A stretch of 64,000 nucleotides of DNA from positions 64,001 through 128,000 of the forward strand of contig CAVSPA010000010.1 in NCBI GenBank assembly GCA_963729715.1, written 5' to 3'. The notes under the pieces are model-generated. The model made no database searches and was not told where the DNA came from. It saw only the letters and a program-made list of their open reading frames with translations. The translations under genes and the position numbers were made by a program. Below are positions 12,148-22,180 of the stretch, piece by piece. Every line of letters starts with the position of its first letter. The first letter of the stretch is position 1. This DNA comes from an uncultured delta proteobacterium. GTDB taxonomy: Bacteria; Desulfobacterota; Syntrophia; Syntrophales; UBA2185.

Positions 12148-12897
12148 CTATAGATCTATTTGCATATCATCGGTTGTCATCGAGGTATTCTTGAATATTT
12201 CTCGCGCTACTCTCTCTGATTCTTTTCTTTCACCGAAGGTCTTATATATTTCTGCGTCGAAATGAACGAGGACCAGGCTTCTTACGCCGGCATCTCGGGC
12301 AATCCCTGCGGCAGTCTCCGGGTTGAGATGCGGCCAGTCCCCCGAGGACTGGCCGCTCTTGTATGCACATTCGGTTATCAGGAGATCCGACGATCTCGCC
12401 AGATAGATGGCGTTTTCGCATAAACCAGTATCGGGGCAGTAGCTGATGACTTTTCCCTCTATTTCAAATCTGTATCCTAAGGTCAGTGACAGGTGCCTGA
12501 GTTCTCGGGCTTCCACCGTGAATGGAAGTTTATCAGCTTCATCGGGCAATTCATACATTTTGACTAAGAATGGAAATTCCGAAATGGACGCCGTGAAGGG
12601 GGCATTGATAAGCGTTTTGAGAGTATCTCTTGTGCCGGTGGGGCCGCAGATATTAAGACCATGTCGGAATTTGAATTTACTCAGCGTATGCAAGCCTATA
12701 ATGTGGTCCAGATGAAAATGGCTGAGGAAAAGATAGACGGGCTTCCCATCTCTTTCATGTATATATCGGTCCAGTTTGTAAAGACCGTTCCCGGCATCGA
12801 GGATAATCTCATAATCGTTTGTCCTTATGAGGATAGAGATGGTGTTCCCGGTGTCAGTATCATACCAACCGTTCGTACCCAAGAAGATCACTCTCAC
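12148..12897 (-). CDS. MBL-fold hydrolase, RNase Z/BN-like
   Basis: FLGTNG, LDAGNG, SHFHLDH, PDT, LVLVH. Confidence 0.85.
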   Translation of the reverse strand: MRVIFLGTNGWYDTDTGNTISILIRTNDYEIILDAGNGLYKLDRYIHERDGKPVYLFLSHFHLDHIIGLHTLSKFKFRHGLNICGPTGTRDTLKTLINAPFTASISEFPFLVKMYELPDEADKLPFTVEARELRHLSLTLGYRFEIEGKVISYCPDTGLCENAIYLARSSDLLITECAYKSGQSSGDWPHLNPETAAGIARDAGVRSLVLVHFDAEIYKTFGERKESERVAREIFKNTSMTTDDMQIDL

Positions 12898-12915
12898 GTG
12901 TGCCGCACCAAACTT

Positions 12916-13215
12916 TCAGGAACCAAGGATCATCTTTCTTGCTCTGTCGAAAATATCCGTCCGAAAATCAGGGTAACCGGGAATAGTCTGGTTTAAATAT
13001 TTATTGATATACTGACTGTCATATAGCAGCATTCTTTCAAATTCTCCCACCTTTCCTGATTTCTGCAAATTTTTTTTAACCTCCGAGGTAAAAATTTCTT
13101 CAAGTTGTCGCGCGTAATCCTTGGTCAGTTGCTTCAGGAATTCCTCATCGCATCCACTTGATTTAATGTCCCCGTACATCTCGCGAACCCATTGTCTTGC
13201 GGTTTCCTCAAACAT
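12916..13215 (-). CDS. Hypothetical protein
   Basis: 99-aa ORF co-oriented with its neighbours, protein-like composition. Confidence 0.7.
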   Translation of the reverse strand: MFEETARQWVREMYGDIKSSGCDEEFLKQLTKDYARQLEEIFTSEVKKNLQKSGKVGEFERMLLYDSQYINKYLNQTIPGYPDFRTDIFDRARKMILGS

Positions 13216-13287
13216 ACGCGTTTCTCTTTTAAAGAATACCCCAGAATTTATCCAATTACGTAAAGAACAAATAGTTTAGCCATTATA

Positions 13288-13452
13288 TCACTCTTCGCTG
13301 TCAAAATCGGGTGATTCCGTGTCAATGAAGATTCCCTCGGTGCCGGCGGGAGATACATCAATCCTCTCCTCACTTTTCTTGAGGTCATCAGAGTCGTATC
13401 CCTGCCAATCAATTCTGAAATTCCTGTGTTTGATTCCTTCTTGGCTGTCCAT
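13288..13452 (-). CDS. Small acidic hypothetical protein
   Basis: ATG-started 54-aa ORF MDSQEGIKHRNFRIDWQG... Confidence 0.35.
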   Translation of the reverse strand: MDSQEGIKHRNFRIDWQGYDSDDLKKSEERIDVSPAGTEGIFIDTESPDFDSEE

Positions 13453-13907
13453 CTTAAAATTGTTCCACAGGTTGAGTCGGGTCTTCATTCCGAATTCTGC
13501 GTTCGATATCTGAATGAGCACTCACTGCATTGATTCTTCTTTCATTCAGTTGCAAAACAAGTTTGAGCTTTTCAATTATTTTCCTTATTTGCCGTTAGCT
13601 GACAGCTTTCAACCGGAACCTTGCTTATTCCATTTGATGTTACATAATAGGTGAAAAACATTATAGGAGAGACAGAGGAGGCTGTCAACGATAATCGACT
13701 TGATTGTATTGTTCAGGGTTGTAGTATTATAGCTGTCGTGATAGTATCCGTGGCTATGTCGACAACTCACGTGTTATTAAATGGAAGTGCATCTGACTAT
13801 TCCCGCCTTACCGGTAGAGTAAAGGGGCACGACATGGGATACCTTCCCTGGCGGGAAGTCCCGTTCTGTGGGATGTGAGCCTCAATGCCGGGACTGGGGT
13901 ATAGTAA

Positions 13908-16814
13908 ATGTCTAAGAGATTGATGAATAAGGATAGATCGCAAGGGATGTCAAAATCGGAAGAAACAATATCCGAGCGCGACTGGACGGAAAAAAAGGTG
14001 CGCGAAGGTGAGATGCTTTTTCAAAGCCTCACTGAAAACTCCTTTGCTGCCGCATTTGTTGTCCAGAATGGGAAGTTTCGTTACATAAACACGAGTGCAG
14101 TTGCATATGCCGGTTATTCGGCGGGAGATCTCATAGGAAAGGACTCGGATATTATCGTCCATCCGGATGACAGGGCGATGGTTAAGGAGAAAGCTCGCGA
14201 GATGCTGCAGGGAAGAGATTCCGCGCCGTTCGGATTCCGGATGGTTACCAAGAAGGGAACGATAAGATCGATACTCCAAATAGTATCTCCTATCCAATAC
14301 GATGGCAAGCCGGCTCTCCTCGGCAATGCAATCGACGTAACACAGCGAAAGAAAGTGGAAGAGGCCCTCCGGGAGTCGGAGAGGCGTCTTGCGGATATCA
14401 TCGATTTTCTGCCGGACGCGACTCTCGCCATCGACCGTGAAGGGAGAGTTATTGCATGGAATAGGGCCATGGAGGAGATGACGGGGGTGAAGGCTGAGAA
14501 CATGCTGGGCAGGGGGGACTATGAGTATGCCCTGCCGTTCTATGGCAAGCGATGCTCTCTCCTGATCGATCAGGTGTTGAAGCCGGACAAGAAAACTGAA
14601 CCGCATTACCATACCGTTCCCGACAAGGAGCAGGACCTTCTGATTGTAGAGACATTGGTTCCCTCGTTAAAAGGAAAAAAAGCCTTTCTCTGGGCAAAAG
14701 CAAGCCCACTCTACGACAGCAAAGGAGAGCTATTCGGTGCAATCGAGTCGATGAGGGACATAACCAAACGCAAAGAAGCGGAAAAGATGTTGCAGGAATC
14801 CGAGGAAAAATACCGATCCCTCGCATCCACTATTGATTTGATGTATCTCGTTGACAAGGATTGCAGGTATCTGTTCATGAACGAGGGGCACTTATCAAGA
14901 TTTGGTATTCCTTTAGACAAGATGGAAGGGAGATTCTACAACGAGTTCCATTCCGAAGCGGATTCGAAAGAATTTTCGGACATCGTAAGACGTATCTTCG
15001 AGACGGGCCAAGCCGTCCAGCATGAGCATCGAAGCGGGAGAGACGGCAGGTACTTTCTCAGGACATTAAGCCCCGTTAAAGATCCTGATGGAAGAACAAC
15101 AGCGGTAACGGTTGTTTCCAAAGACATTACCGTGCGCACGCGGATGGAAGAGGCGCTGAGAGAATCAGAGAGGCGCCTCGCGGATATTATTGATTTTCTG
15201 CCGGACGCGACACTGGCAATTGACCTCACGGGTAAGATTATTGCGTGGAATCATGCCATAGAGGAAATGACTGGGGTTAAGGCTTCCGACATATTAGGGA
15301 AAGGGGACTATGAGTATGCCCTTCCGTTTTATGGTGTAAGAAGGCCTATCTTGATCGATCTTGTACTGAAGCCGGATAAAAAAATTGAGCAGAGTTACTA
15401 CTCTTTCCTGGAAAAGCAAAAGGAGCTCCTGATCGTAGAGACTTGGGTTCCTTTTCTCAAGTGGAAGAAGGCGTTTCTCTGGGCGAAGGCAAGTCCACTC
15501 TATAACAGCAAGGGCGATATCGTGGGTGCCATTGAGTCGATCAGGGACATTACGGAACGCAAAGAGGCGGAAAAAATGCTTCAGGAATCCGAGGAAAAAT
15601 ACCGATCCCTCGCGTCCAGTATTGATTTGATGTATCTCGTTGACAAGGATTGTAAATATTTGTTCATGAATGAAGGACTCCTATCGAGGTTTGGCATTTC
15701 CTTACGCGACGTGGAAGGAAAATCATATGAGGACTTCCACGCTGAAGAGGATGCGAGAGAATTTACGGAAATCATCAACCGTATTTTCAAAATGGGCCAG
15801 GCAATCCAGCATGAGCACAAGAGCGGAAGAGATGACAAGTACTTTCTCCGGTCATTAAGTCCCGTTAAGGATTCTGAAGGCAGGACAATAGCCGTAACGG
15901 TGGTTTCGAAAGACATTACCAAGCGCAAGAGGGCGGAAGAGGCACTGAGGGAGTCAGAGAGGCGCTTGTCGGACATTATTGATTTCTTGCCGGATGCTAC
16001 GCTTGCGATTAACCGGAAGGGCAGCGTTATTGCGTGGAATCGCGCCATAGAGGAAATGACAGGGGTCAAGTCTGTAGACATAGTGGGAAAGGGCGATTTT
16101 GAGTATGCCTTGCCGTTTTACGGTGTCCGCAGACCTATCTTGATTGATCTTGTCTTGAAAGCGGACAAAAAAATAGAGCGGAGTTTCTATTCTGTCTTCA
16201 AGAAGGAGGAGGATCATCTTATCGTCGAGACGTGGGTTCCCGCTCTGAAGGACAAGAGAGCCTTCCTTTGGGCAAAGGCGAGTCCGCTTTACGACAGCAA
16301 GGGGCGCATCGTCGGTGCCATAGAATCGATCAGGGACATTACTGTGCGCAAGCAGGCGGAGGAAATGCTGGAAAAGAGAGAAGTTGAGCTTGAGGCAAAA
16401 ACAAACGAACTTGAAGACCTGAATGCAGCCTTGAGGGTCTTGCTTAAGCAAAGAGAAGAGGATAGAAATGAGCTTGAGCAAAAGGTTCTGTCAAATGTGA
16501 AGCTCCTTATCCTGCCATATATTGAGAAATTGAAAAGCCGTATAGATCTGAAAGGCTCATCTTATGTCAATGTGCTCGAATCAAATCTGAGAGAAATCGT
16601 ATCACCCTTTGCACAAAAATTGTCAGTCAAGTACTTGAATCTTACCAACAGAGAGGTTCAGATCGCCAACCTCATAAAGGAGGGAAAAACGACTAAAGAA
16701 ATAGCGGCACTTCTTAACGTCTCCGAAAGTGCAGTCAATGTGTACCGGTACCATATACGACGCAAACTAAGCTTAACCAAGAAACATAATCTTCGCTCCT
16801 ACTTATCCACGTAA
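13908..16814 (+). CDS. Multi-PAS domain LuxR-family transcriptional regulator
   Basis: Six PAS/PAC units with internal repeats; C-terminal LTNREVQIANLIKEGKTTKEIA...IRRKL HTH. Confidence 0.9.
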   Translation: MSKRLMNKDRSQGMSKSEETISERDWTEKKVREGEMLFQSLTENSFAAAFVVQNGKFRYINTSAVAYAGYSAGDLIGKDSDIIVHPDDRAMVKEKAREMLQGRDSAPFGFRMVTKKGTIRSILQIVSPIQYDGKPALLGNAIDVTQRKKVEEALRESERRLADIIDFLPDATLAIDREGRVIAWNRAMEEMTGVKAENMLGRGDYEYALPFYGKRCSLLIDQVLKPDKKTEPHYHTVPDKEQDLLIVETLVPSLKGKKAFLWAKASPLYDSKGELFGAIESMRDITKRKEAEKMLQESEEKYRSLASTIDLMYLVDKDCRYLFMNEGHLSRFGIPLDKMEGRFYNEFHSEADSKEFSDIVRRIFETGQAVQHEHRSGRDGRYFLRTLSPVKDPDGRTTAVTVVSKDITVRTRMEEALRESERRLADIIDFLPDATLAIDLTGKIIAWNHAIEEMTGVKASDILGKGDYEYALPFYGVRRPILIDLVLKPDKKIEQSYYSFLEKQKELLIVETWVPFLKWKKAFLWAKASPLYNSKGDIVGAIESIRDITERKEAEKMLQESEEKYRSLASSIDLMYLVDKDCKYLFMNEGLLSRFGISLRDVEGKSYEDFHAEEDAREFTEIINRIFKMGQAIQHEHKSGRDDKYFLRSLSPVKDSEGRTIAVTVVSKDITKRKRAEEALRESERRLSDIIDFLPDATLAINRKGSVIAWNRAIEEMTGVKSVDIVGKGDFEYALPFYGVRRPILIDLVLKADKKIERSFYSVFKKEEDHLIVETWVPALKDKRAFLWAKASPLYDSKGRIVGAIESIRDITVRKQAEEMLEKREVELEAKTNELEDLNAALRVLLKQREEDRNELEQKVLSNVKLLILPYIEKLKSRIDLKGSSYVNVLESNLREIVSPFAQKLSVKYLNLTNREVQIANLIKEGKTTKEIAALLNVSESAVNVYRYHIRRKLSLTKKHNLRSYLST

Positions 16815-17241
16815 TTTTCGAAATGTTAAATATTCCTTAATATTACTTATAAATCTTTTAATATTGTCTTTTAGCATTTATATCTATATAAGGTGCTAAA
16901 CCTGATCGCAGTTTAAAGCTTCCAAATTATCCCTTTTAAGTTTTAGATACTTATATCATTAATAGATACCTACAGTTAGTACAGTATACCCCATGACCTG
17001 CATCAAGAGGCTCCACAGAATGACAGTGGCGGAATAATGGCGAAGTGGTTCATCCTTGAAATTGTAGTAGCATATTTTATATAACGCCAGATTTAAGCAG
17101 TCGTCACGGGGAAATTATAAACGTGTATTGAACATTAAGGAAGGAGGTGATCATCAGTAATAGATTAGAGTTATGATCCGGTAAGCGAATTCTGGAAGAC
17201 TTTAACAACTTTAATTGGAATCAAAAAAGGAGGATGACATT

Positions 17242-18534
17242 ATGGCAGGAGAATTACGGCCTCGTTGGGGTCAACCCATGACAGGCATTATTTCTACCAT
17301 AGCTTTTTTCTTGATCGCTTGGTTTACCTGGTATCTTTTCAGCGATCCGCGTGGACCGGTAGGCTTATTTCCGTATCCGTTTGTTCTGATACTCGCCTGG
17401 ATGATTCTGGTGGGTTTATGGCAGCACATGTTTTTGGGTGACTGGCCGTTTCAGAAATTATCGCCACCCGTCAGAGGGGTAGTGATGACTATTGTGAACC
17501 TGATTGGTGTGTGGTTTATGATCGAAGTCATCTTTAATCGGGTTTTAGGTCTGGGTTTCAATTTTTTAAGTCAATCCAATCTTAATGCACTGGCAGCGGC
17601 AGGGGCAACGGTGTTGCCCGAAGCATGCGGGAAGACACTTACTTTCGAAGCGATGAAAGGTGCACACTTTGCGCAGAGTGCAGGCGTAGGATTTGTGTTG
17701 ATTGGATTCTACGCGTATCCATTTGTTACAATCCTCTTCGGAAAATGGCCGATCCGTCCCAGTAACCTGGAGCAGCCCGCAGCCGGTGTTGCTGAAATCG
17801 GTTATTGCAGCTTGCTCGTCCTCTTCTTCTACGTCGTTCTTATCGTTCCCTTCTTTGGTTTGGTCTTCGAGAAGATGTTCGGTAACGCCTATGGGATGGC
17901 CACTCCCTGGTGGGGCGGTATAGGCGGCACCCCCCATCTGCACTGGGTATTCGGCTGGTGGGAGTGGGCGGTTATCGTCCTCTTCATGACGGCCAATGTC
18001 TGGCGTATGAAACCATGGTCGCTCATTAAGCTGCCGCAGCCCTGGAAAGGTCTCGTTTCTTTTTGCGGTACCATAGTACTTGCATACATTCTCGCTTTGA
18101 TTTGTCTGAAAATCATCCCGCTATGGGCGAACATGGATGATATCACTCACCATCTGCCCGCCGGAGATAAAGGAAATCCCATACGGTTCCTGTGGTATCA
18201 CTCAGCGGAGATCGCTGGCATGACCCTAATTCCTTTCCTGCAGTGGCACCACTATTGGGATGATATGTCCCCAGCGAAGAATGTAGATTCCTGGGGCGGA
18301 TTCTGGTTCCGAACTTTTGGTGTGGTTATTTTAGCCGCAGTTCTGTATGTGTGTTACTACTATTTGAACTTCGGTTACTGGGGACTGGGCAATCACCACA
18401 TGGAGCACGATATTGCTGAAAGGTTATTAAACGGTGAATCTCTCATCTGGAATTTCTGGTGGATTATCCCTCTTCTCTGGAATGAGTGGTTCTTCCACAA
18501 GTGGCCTTTCTACGTTCATGATGAGCATCATTAA
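17242..18534 (+). CDS. Trp-rich multi-pass membrane protein, putative transporter
   Basis: RBS AAGGAGG; many hydrophobic helices with recurring (G/H)(D/K)WP(F/I) motif; heads the acyl-CoA cluster. Confidence 0.7.
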   Translation: MAGELRPRWGQPMTGIISTIAFFLIAWFTWYLFSDPRGPVGLFPYPFVLILAWMILVGLWQHMFLGDWPFQKLSPPVRGVVMTIVNLIGVWFMIEVIFNRVLGLGFNFLSQSNLNALAAAGATVLPEACGKTLTFEAMKGAHFAQSAGVGFVLIGFYAYPFVTILFGKWPIRPSNLEQPAAGVAEIGYCSLLVLFFYVVLIVPFFGLVFEKMFGNAYGMATPWWGGIGGTPHLHWVFGWWEWAVIVLFMTANVWRMKPWSLIKLPQPWKGLVSFCGTIVLAYILALICLKIIPLWANMDDITHHLPAGDKGNPIRFLWYHSAEIAGMTLIPFLQWHHYWDDMSPAKNVDSWGGFWFRTFGVVILAAVLYVCYYYLNFGYWGLGNHHMEHDIAERLLNGESLIWNFWWIIPLLWNEWFFHKWPFYVHDEHH

Positions 18535-18547
18535 TTAATTCGAGTCG

Positions 18548-18577
18548 AGGCAAAGGGGCTTGTCAGCCCCTTTGCCT
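18548..18577. terminator. Stem-loop (terminator or mRNA stabiliser)
   Basis: AGGCAAAGGGGCT-tgtc-AGCCCCTTTGCCT, perfect 13-bp stem. Confidence 0.7.
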
Positions 18578-18670
18578 AACGTTTAGGATGATGCTATCCG
18601 GTTACAGGTATTCATTTACGTGAACGTTGAATGTGCTAATTAGTAATGTTTTCTTGAAAAGGAGGAAGTT

Positions 18671-19726
18671 ATGGCGAGAATTCGCGGGAAAGCTAAGAAA
18701 GCTGAAATTATGACGCTTGAAGAAGCGGTCAAAAAATATATGCATAACGGGATACAGATTGCCTTCAGCGGGTTTACAGGGTTCAACAGAAACCCGGTGG
18801 CCTTTGCCTGGGAAGTGGTAAGACAAAAATACAAGGACCTGCATGTTATCGACAGGCATGGCAGTTGCTGTACCTGGCTTCTTAACACCGTCGGCGCTAT
18901 TAAAATTTATGAAACCGACTGGATGGGCTGGGGGGAGATGGCGGGAAAACTCGACATCAACATGGAAAGGATTTACAAGACAGGAAAGATAATACTTGAA
19001 GACTATGCTCATGGTGCAATGGCGATGAGATTCCTTGCAGGAGCCATCGGCGCGCCATTTATTCCCTATTATGCCCCGCTCGGATCAGACCTCTATAATC
19101 CGGACTATGATGCACTAGGGAGAGCTGGCCTCAGAAATGGTAAAAATCCGAGAATCCCAAAGAAGAAATTCATCCAGATTGAAGAGCCTTTCTTTGGCGA
19201 TGGAGAGGTCGTCCTCCTGCCTGCTGCAAGGCCCGAACTGGCAGTCATCCATGTATCTAAGGTGGGTGATAAAGGGACTGCGAGGTGGCGGGGCGTTGGA
19301 ACGATTGATAAAGAAATAGCCTTTGCCTGCGACAAGGTAGTGATCACGGCCGAAGAGGTTGTTCCCGAAGGAGAGATGAGGAAGGATCCGGAAGCCAATC
19401 AGATTCCCTTCTTCACTGTTGACGCCATTGTGGAAGTACCCTGGGGAGCTTTTCCGAGCGGTGTCCCTTTCTATTATGACTATGACGCGCCCTTTATGAG
19501 GGAGATGGATAAAGCATCGAGAAACGCGGAAGATTTGAAAAAATGGATCGATGAATGGGTTTTTGGCCCGAAGAACTGGGAGGAATTTATTGTTAAGCTC
19601 GGTGCAAAGAAATTGTTGTCCCTCAAAGCGGACAGTACTACCGGATACAGCACCAAGATGATGCGGGGAAAGAACCCGGCGCCGAGGATGAAGATGCCTT
19701 TGTCCGTCGCTCGAAGTGGCTATTAA
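18671..19726 (+). CDS. CoA-transferase subunit A (glutaconate CoA-transferase-like)
   Basis: MTLEEAVKKY, RFLAGAIGAPFIP, ITAEEVV, VEVPWGAFPS. Confidence 0.88.
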   Translation: MARIRGKAKKAEIMTLEEAVKKYMHNGIQIAFSGFTGFNRNPVAFAWEVVRQKYKDLHVIDRHGSCCTWLLNTVGAIKIYETDWMGWGEMAGKLDINMERIYKTGKIILEDYAHGAMAMRFLAGAIGAPFIPYYAPLGSDLYNPDYDALGRAGLRNGKNPRIPKKKFIQIEEPFFGDGEVVLLPAARPELAVIHVSKVGDKGTARWRGVGTIDKEIAFACDKVVITAEEVVPEGEMRKDPEANQIPFFTVDAIVEVPWGAFPSGVPFYYDYDAPFMREMDKASRNAEDLKKWIDEWVFGPKNWEEFIVKLGAKKLLSLKADSTTGYSTKMMRGKNPAPRMKMPLSVARSGY

Positions 19727-19739
19727 AGGAAAGGGGGGA

Positions 19740-20642
19740 ATGAAAATGGCTAAAACAATGGAACAGTTGATGGAATTGATCGACAAGATACCCAATGAGA
19801 AGGCCAAAGCGGGTGAATTTATCCTGCCGGAATTGATGGCTATCGCCATTGCTCACGAGGTCCTGAACGATGATATCGTCTTCGCGGGTACGGGACTTCC
19901 CATGGTGGGGATTATGGCCGCCAATATGCTGAATGCACCCAACGCGGTGTTGATATACGAATCCGGGGTATGCGACGGGAAGACCATGCATGTGCCCATG
20001 TCCGTGGCTGACCAGAGGGCCGCCAATCTGGCTTCCACCCTTGGTGGACTGGTGGATACCTTCGGATATTATCTGCAGCAGGGTTTTGTGACCTTAGGGT
20101 TCCTCGGTGGGGCCGCTATTGATAAATACGGCGGCGTAAATGTAACATCTATCGGTGATTATTACGCCCCAGCACACCGCTTCACAGGGTCTGGGGGGAA
20201 TTCCGACATAGGAACCATGTCGAAAAGAGTTGCGTACATCATCCTTCAGGAAAAGAGGAGGTTCCTGGAGAGGAATGATTATACCACAACACCCGGTTGG
20301 TGGTGCTGGGATTTCAAGACACGGGAGTGGAAGCCGAAAAAGGAGGTCTGGAAAGGCACACCTTATGCGGATTGCGGCCCCTGTGGCGTGGTAACTAATA
20401 TGGGCGTATACCGGTTTGATGAAAAGGGAATCATCTACCTGGAAACCTGCCACCCCGGTATTAGCGTGGAGAAGATAAAAGAGAATTGTGGATTTGACTT
20501 GAATGTTTCAAAAATCAAAGGTGAGACGCCAAATCCGACTTACAAGGAGCTCTTTGTCCTCAGAGAGTTCGTTGATCCGGAATTAATCTTCCTGCCGGCG
20601 AAAACGGAATATCCCGCCGTGATCAAGTCAATTATTGGTTAG
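19740..20642 (+). CDS. CoA-transferase subunit B
   Basis: VFAGTGLP, LIYESG (catalytic Glu), FLGGAAIDKYG, GSGG, HPGISVE. Confidence 0.88.
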   Translation: MKMAKTMEQLMELIDKIPNEKAKAGEFILPELMAIAIAHEVLNDDIVFAGTGLPMVGIMAANMLNAPNAVLIYESGVCDGKTMHVPMSVADQRAANLASTLGGLVDTFGYYLQQGFVTLGFLGGAAIDKYGGVNVTSIGDYYAPAHRFTGSGGNSDIGTMSKRVAYIILQEKRRFLERNDYTTTPGWWCWDFKTREWKPKKEVWKGTPYADCGPCGVVTNMGVYRFDEKGIIYLETCHPGISVEKIKENCGFDLNVSKIKGETPNPTYKELFVLREFVDPELIFLPAKTEYPAVIKSIIG

Positions 20643-20663
20643 AAAGTAACTCTGATTATGTGG

Positions 20664-20700
20664 ATCCTGTCAACCTGCCGCTCAGGCAGGCTGGCAGGAT
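20664..20700. terminator. Intergenic stem-loop
   Basis: ATCCTGTCAACCTGCC...GGCAGGCTGGCAGGAT imperfect inverted repeat. Confidence 0.5.
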
Positions 20701-20721
20701 AATTAGAAGGGAGGAAGGCAT

Positions 20722-21888
20722 ACGAATTTAGATCTGATAGAAGAGCAAACAATTATTCAAGACACGGCTCGGCGCTTTGCGAAAACAGAGCTGGAACCTG
20801 TAGCAGCGCGGCTGGACCAGGTAGGTGATCGGGATACCTTTTTAAAAAATTTGAAGAAACTTGCCGAACTCGGTTTGATGGGCATCAATGTGAAGAGTGA
20901 ATATGGAGGCTCTGAAGCAGGTGTTGTGTCCTTCAGTCTGGCGGTTACGGAGATTGCGAGGGCTTGTGCTTCTACGGCAGTGACCATGTCCGTTAATAAT
21001 ATGGTTTGTGAAGTAATTCAGGCTATCGGCACTGAAGAGCAGAAGATGGTGTACATCCCGAAGATTTGCTCGGGTGAATACTATGCCGGCGGTTTTGGCT
21101 TGACGGAAACCGTGGCAGGCTCCGATGCCGCGGCGCTTCAGACGTCTGCCGTTCTGGACGGTGAGCAATGGGTTCTCAATGGGTCAAAGATGTTTATTAC
21201 CAGCGCCGAATACGCGGGCGTGTTTGTCGTTTGGGCGGTGACCGACAAGAAGGCGAAAAAAGGCAGCGGCATAAGCACATTTCTCGTTGAAAACGGTGCG
21301 CCTGGTCTTAAGATCGGACGGTTAGAGCACAAAATGGGGCAGCACGCTTCTTCAACAAATGAACTGATCTTTGAAGACTGCCGGATACCGAAATCAGCCC
21401 TGATGGGGAAATTGAATGGCGGCTTCAAGACGGCCACAGGAGAACTCGCCGGTGGACGCATAGGCATAGGATCTCTTGGTTTGGGTATCGGACTTGCGGC
21501 GATGGATTATGCCACACGATATGCAATAGAAAGAAAGCAATTCGATCAGTCCATAACGAATTTCCAGGCAATCCAGTGGATGATTGCAGAGTCCTATACG
21601 GAGCTCGAGGCGGCAAGACTTCTTCTCATGAATGCAGCGTTCAAGAAAGAGCAGGGCAAGCCCTTTGCAAGGGAAGCGTCCATGGCAAAGTATTTTGCTA
21701 CCGAAGCGGCCGATAGGGCGTGTTTCAACGCGATTCAGATGCTTGGGGGGTATGGATACACCAATGAATTCCCCGTTGAACGTTATGCGAGAGATGTCCG
21801 TATTACATTGATCTATGAAGGCACCAACCAGATCCAACGGATGATAGTTGCAAGGGACATCATAAACAGCCTGAAAGAATCGGCATAA
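20722..21888 (+). CDS. Acyl-CoA dehydrogenase (expected start codon reads ACG)
   Basis: In-frame N-terminus NLDLIEEQTIIQDTARRFA lies upstream of the called TTG; FGLTETVAGSDA, GSKMFITS, IYEGTNQIQR. Confidence 0.92.
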   Translation, partial: TNLDLIEEQTIIQDTARRFAKTELEPVAARLDQVGDRDTFLKNLKKLAELGLMGINVKSEYGGSEAGVVSFSLAVTEIARACASTAVTMSVNNMVCEVIQAIGTEEQKMVYIPKICSGEYYAGGFGLTETVAGSDAAALQTSAVLDGEQWVLNGSKMFITSAEYAGVFVVWAVTDKKAKKGSGISTFLVENGAPGLKIGRLEHKMGQHASSTNELIFEDCRIPKSALMGKLNGGFKTATGELAGGRIGIGSLGLGIGLAAMDYATRYAIERKQFDQSITNFQAIQWMIAESYTELEAARLLLMNAAFKKEQGKPFAREASMAKYFATEAADRACFNAIQMLGGYGYTNEFPVERYARDVRITLIYEGTNQIQRMIVARDIINSLKESA

Positions 21889-22180
21889 ACGGACCTCTGA
21901 GCGTGTGACGCTCAAGGTTCTGCATATAGGCAGTTTAGGTTTCTGACTCATAGAAGATTAGCTGAAATCTTCAGATTACAAGGCCGAGTGGAAGTTTTCG
22001 CTATTGATGACCTGCGACTGCCGAAGCCATATTGTTTGTGAGATAGTGACGGAAGAGAACCTTCGACCGTTTAGTTTAAACAGTTGCTTTGAAAATTGTC
22101 ATCGATAGCGCTCATGCCATATTCTCACTTTTCCGATGACAAAATCCGATTTTGCAAAGCTCTAAAAAATGGGGGTAGGA

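Noticed and set aside
13790..13900. c-di-GMP or other riboswitch upstream of the PAS-LuxR gene
   Set aside because: GC-rich with possible hairpins, but I could not match any consensus and there is no second copy.
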